Positions 59,726 to 64,000 of a stretch of 64,000 bases of DNA are shown here, piece after piece; the stretch's first letter is position 1, and every line of letters starts with the position of its first letter. The notes below the pieces were generated by a model. That model did no database searches. It saw only the letters and a program-made list of their open reading frames with translations, and was not told the origin of the DNA. Made by a program: the position numbers and the translations under genes. Origin of the DNA: Fistulifera solaris. Taxonomy: Eukaryota. Location of the stretch: contig AP026123.1 of assembly GCA_030295235.1 (NCBI GenBank), positions 1,116,001 to 1,180,000 of the forward strand. Reading direction: 5' to 3'.

Positions 59726-60782
59726 ATGTCTTTGGGATCACACGAGTCGTCTTTGAGCGCACTCTTAGATGTGGCTACGCGAACAAGCAATCAACTTCAC
59801 GATCGGCAGACGCTAGCTAGAGCCCTGATACAACTCGAAGCAGAGCAGGAGTTGCTGAAAAGAAATCAATTGCTCTTTGCGGCACGAAGAAGCTTACAAC
59901 ACCGGCAAATTCTTAATGAGTCTTTCTCACTTCCTCGTATCAGTGGCATCCAACTCGAGGAGCTTGTCCGACTTCATGAAGCGCGACGTCTGCAACAACT
60001 TTCACACTATGAGAGCAATCGGCCCATCGCACTCAACATACCAACAACCTCTTTCGTCCAGCCGCCATTTTCACGATCTGTAGCCGCGTCTCAACCCGCT
60101 GATATTTTCGACTTGACCGTCGACGATGAGGACGATACCGACAACTTGGTGGAGAAGAGCGGCGATGTTAGGGAACATCAGGACAAAGGCCTTTGTATAA
60201 CTAGCCCCAATGAGAACGAAGTAGTTTTGTCTAAAACTACATCTCGAAAAAAGAAAAGATAGATAAAGTCGGCACATTGAGTAAAGTCATGAGGCGGGAC
60301 GAGGTGTCAAAGCCATACGATGCCACCATAGGTGCACGAGGAAGAGCGCCCAAATCCCCACCGAGGATCGTCGATCAACTTCTCCTAATTGCATTCCTCC
60401 GAGATGCGTTGCATCAAAGGATATTGCCTTGCTCGTACAGGCATTGCTGGAACAGATAGATAGCGCTGAGGCAGCAGACCCTTCCATTCTGCAGGGACCT
60501 CTCCTTCTTACACCTGCCATGCTAAAACTGCTAGCGAAACAAATTCAGAGTTCGGCAAAGAAAAATTCCACTAAAACCAAAGACAATATAATTGCAAAGC
60601 TACAGTCCCAACTAAAAGCTCTAAAGACGAAAGCTACTGCTTGTAAAGCCGAGATAGATCAGATTAAAAAGGCTTGTCTTGCAGAAGTGGAAGAAGTTCG
60701 TCGACAAAGCCAGCTGGCCATGCAAGCCTACATGAAAGCAACTGTAAATGCATTCGATAGACTTCAACAACCGAAAGACTAG
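59726..60782 (+). CDS. Hypothetical protein with C-terminal coiled coil; apparent frameshifts at about 60250-60420
   Basis: ORFs 59726-60262 and 60429-60782 on the same strand with A-run breaks between them. Confidence 0.55.
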
Positions 60783-60853
60783 GATTAGTTTCGCAAGTAA
60801 CAGATTTTGTTGACCGCTCGATCTCATGCTTTTCTTTTTACTATGGTGTTCTT

Positions 60854-61726
60854 TTAAAAGCAATAGTCTTCGTCGTCGTCGTCATCCTGCTCCTTTTCTT
60901 GTGTCTTTGGTCGTTTCGACGGAGATTCAGCACTTTCAGCAGTTCTGTATTTCCTTCGTAACTCCTCGACACTCAATCCAGCGTCCTCATGCAAGGCTAT
61001 CAGTTCATCGTAATCGACACCATCATCCGCCTCATCATCATCGTCCTCCACTTCATTGTCCACGCGGGCAGCCGCTACTGGTGTCGCAGCTGCTGCCGGT
61101 ACCTGCGGATGTGTGGATACAATTCGCACCTGACATACCAGATTGATCTCGTTTCCCTGTGCTGTTGGAGAGTAGCCCCCTTGCAGTTCCAGTGATTCGC
61201 CCTTGCCCGCGTCGGTTTGCTTGCCGTATACACTGTAATAAAGAGCTGGAGCTTTCTTATTATCTTCTTCGTCGTCATCGTCGTCGGCACGTTTTCCTTG
61301 TGACGGTGACAGAAAGGCTTCACGTGAATCCTGCACAGACCAAGTCATTTCCATTTTTCGGTGAGTATGAGTGCCGCTGACCGACTCAATATCACAAGAT
61401 CCTTCCATGACGAATGCGTAAACGTTATTGGCGGGCTTTGTTGCGTTACTTAGCAAATTGCAATCCAGGGGTTTGACGGACGCCAGGTGAAAGCCGTCGC
61501 CTCGGTAATGAAGAATGTTTTCTTGGTCGATAGATAATATCCCATCCAGTAAAGGAACAATTGCTCCGTCGTCGTCGGCATCGTCGTAATCCGGAACAAA
61601 CTCATCTTCTTCCTCGTCGTCATCATCGTACTCTTCGTCGTTACTATCCTCATCGTCGTCCCCGTCGACATATTCGACGGGATCTTCGGGTGTAAAATCG
61701 GACGGCGGAGGTTTTTGACTGGACAT
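60854..61726 (-). CDS. Acidic hypothetical protein
   Basis: 290-aa ORF with D/E tracts; ELIALHEDAGLSVEELRRKY segment; basic NLS-like KRPK. Confidence 0.7.
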   Translation of the reverse strand: MSSQKPPPSDFTPEDPVEYVDGDDDEDSNDEEYDDDDEEEDEFVPDYDDADDDGAIVPLLDGILSIDQENILHYRGDGFHLASVKPLDCNLLSNATKPANNVYAFVMEGSCDIESVSGTHTHRKMEMTWSVQDSREAFLSPSQGKRADDDDDEEDNKKAPALYYSVYGKQTDAGKGESLELQGGYSPTAQGNEINLVCQVRIVSTHPQVPAAAATPVAAARVDNEVEDDDDEADDGVDYDELIALHEDAGLSVEELRRKYRTAESAESPSKRPKTQEKEQDDDDDEDYCF

Positions 61727-62226
61727 TATCAAATGACGGCAAGAAATGGAATGCTATGAGCTCCGCAATCGAAGAACAGGGCGTCCTAAGAATAATTTGA
61801 GAACTTGGATTGAAGAAAGTTGACTCTATTTTGCAACTATGTAGCAACCGTCTCGTCCTTTTGTATGTCTCGCAACGGACGACAACGATGCGAGACGATG
61901 GATTTTCGAGGTGCACATAACTGCGTGGCGTTGCACGAAAAAAGAACCGCGCGCCGACCGCGAACAAATACCGCGAATTAACTGTACCAGTAAAATGTAC
62001 TTTAGTCACTACGAAGGCTGTCGTAAACCTACATTATAAGCTATAGTCGCTTCGTAGTTATCTTGGCGTGGATCGCTCTAACCTTATCGGACGAAACTCA
62101 AACCCACACACACACAAAATAATAAGGACGAAATAATAAAAAGCGGTGCACGACACAACACAATTTTTCTTGTTGTTGTTGCTCTCATTATATTTTCTTA
62201 GAAGCTCCTATTGCTTTCATTCCAGA

Positions 62227-63000
62227 ATGAGTACCTACAGAGCGAAGATTATTCTGCTGGGAGATTCTCTGACGCAAACATCTTTCGAAGGATGGGGCGG
62301 TCATTTAGCGAATGTCTATCAGCGACGAGCGGATGTCATCAACCGCGGCTTTTCCGGTTACAACACGAACTTCTTTCTCCGCTTGCCCATGGAAGAGTTT
62401 CCTTGTGATAACTCGCTCGTTACTATTTTCTTTGGAGCCAACGATGCATCGCTGAAAGATGAAAATCCGCATCATTATGTTTCGCTTGAGGACTATTCGC
62501 AAAATCTCAAAACGATCTTGGAGCGTGTACGACAAACGTACCCGCATTGCGGGAACAATATCCTGTTCATAACACCTCCGCCTGTCGTTCATGAGCAACG
62601 GTTTCAGTGGCAGAAGGAAAAGTATGGCGACAAGGCGACAGGTGTCTTGGAACGGACATTGGAGAATGCGGGCAAATACGCGGCGGCTTGCAAGAAGGTA
62701 GCTGCCGAGGTGGGTTTGCCGTGCTTGGATTTGTACACGACCATGCAACTAGAAAACGAATGGCAGCGTTTCTTCAATGATGGTTTGCATTTCTCGGCCG
62801 ACGGACACAAGTTTGTGGGTGATGCTTTGGTGAACGCCATTCAAGAGCACTTTCCGAGTTGGACCGTGCACGCAGATCCATTGACCGGGCAATGGGCCAA
62901 CAGTGCTTCGACGTGTGAAGGGTTATCCAGTGGCGGTCCTTTTCACGATGAAATCGATCATTTGGAACCGGAGAAAGCATTTGCGAAGCACTTTAAATAG
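62227..63000 (+). CDS. IAH1: SGNH/GDSL esterase, IAH1-like
   Basis: LLGDSLTQ, RRADVINRGFSGYNT, FFGANDA, ITPPP, DGLH. Confidence 0.92.
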   Translation: MSTYRAKIILLGDSLTQTSFEGWGGHLANVYQRRADVINRGFSGYNTNFFLRLPMEEFPCDNSLVTIFFGANDASLKDENPHHYVSLEDYSQNLKTILERVRQTYPHCGNNILFITPPPVVHEQRFQWQKEKYGDKATGVLERTLENAGKYAAACKKVAAEVGLPCLDLYTTMQLENEWQRFFNDGLHFSADGHKFVGDALVNAIQEHFPSWTVHADPLTGQWANSASTCEGLSSGGPFHDEIDHLEPEKAFAKHFK

Positions 63001-64000
63001 GCTTAAGACGGCGAAAACATGTTTACACTATCTATCACATTCTAGGGCAAATGCTGGAAGGTTCCTTGATTCAGAAGAGGCCTAGGAGCAATCAGATAGC
63101 ATCAAATGCTCCAGAGCCAAAAAACAGAACGATCTTTTCAGAACGACTAAAAGGACAAATGAATTTCGTTCTCTTTCCTCTGTTTCGCTCTCCATTACGA
63201 AATACTTGATCAGCGTTCCTTGAGCGGCGCAGATTATAAATGACATGCGACCAGGTCGTCCCTTTGCTTCTCTAGTATGCAGAAAACAACTGCTTTTTCA
63301 ACTGATATACTTCTCGGATCGCTCGATAGCCTTCCCATAAATGACAAATGGCATCCTCTTTCGTCGAAACTACTTGAATAACGGTATGTTGCCCGACCAC
63401 TGTAATCGATCCGCCTTATCAATGAAGGACGGCCTGAGTCAGTGGCGGCTAATGTTAAATGCTCGTATGATTCATGAATACGTAAACATGCCCGTCATCC
63501 CTGTCATTCAAGCCGGCGGCTACGCAGAAACTCGAAAAAACCCCGTAGCGAATGAGCTGCCCTGAGATCGGATCTGATTGTTCGTAAGTATTTCACAGTC
63601 CTCAGTGCATCCTAACAAGCCTATCAGAACCGGTGAGTTGGGCAGCGTTTGCTTGGATACGAAAGTAATTTGAGATTCCAGCTGTGAAAAGTCCACGGCA
63701 ATGGACCCATCCCTGGAGAACATCGCTTTAGATACGGCGCTGCTTGTAGAGCTGTCGACCGGATTGGTGCTCACGGCGGCCCGAATTCGCGATGAGAAGT
63801 GATGAGGAGTAAGAATATCGTATCCACTGTCTTCTAGTATCCTCTTATGTGTAGCTTCTAAAACAAAGTTACGGCGGAAACCAAGCCACCGTTGAGTTGT
63901 TGAGGGTCAAGTCGGCGGCGACAAATGCTACCGAGCCAACCCGTCCTGATATGCAGGGATAAACCCCTACTGAAACGATTTTCATCCGCGGTCTGCGTCA

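Noticed and set aside
1280..60420. Programmed ribosomal frameshifting or RNA editing as the cause of broken genes
   Set aside because: Both directions, all four bases and no shared slippery motif; assembly error is simpler.
63234..64000. Possible degraded coding or transposon sequence at the window end
   Set aside because: Short protein-like stretches in several frames, but no identifiable domain.

Overview
Eukaryotic nuclear DNA from a gene-dense stramenopile genome, most likely a pennate diatom. This is supported by short GT-AG introns of about 65-80 nt, bipartite signal-plus-transit leaders with the ASAF-type motif, and diatom-typical LRR and PT-AP-stalk proteins. About 36 protein genes are recognisable, including SAM synthetase, DXS, glycine cleavage T, an ammonium transporter, UMP-CMP kinase, CDC20, XAP5/FAM50, ABCG, SPC25, a GT64 transferase, TAF6, ketopantoate reductase, syntaxin-18, a periplastid-type ubiquitin and an IAH1-like esterase. 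Many are broken by single-base indels in homopolymers, which look like uncorrected long-read errors rather than biology. The most unusual signals are: (1) a 213-bp (71-codon) repeat family at 18.5-20.1 kb and, inverted, at 52.9-53.6 kb, whose divergence pattern suggests a decayed protein-coding repeat; (2) a palindrome TACCWGGTA found 11 times, always intergenic and often 50-100 bp upstream of start codons; (3) an intergenic tract of drifting 7-bp tandem duplications carrying a TA-flanked MITE; (4) a 2OG-Fe(II) dioxygenase fused to a putative MBD-like motif and a split HMG box; (5) a ubiquitin lacking K48 and K63 with a bipartite leader and C-terminal extension; (6) a putatively GPI-anchored serpin and an 11-nt microexon. 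All calls were made by eye without database searches, and exon boundaries are approximate where not stated.
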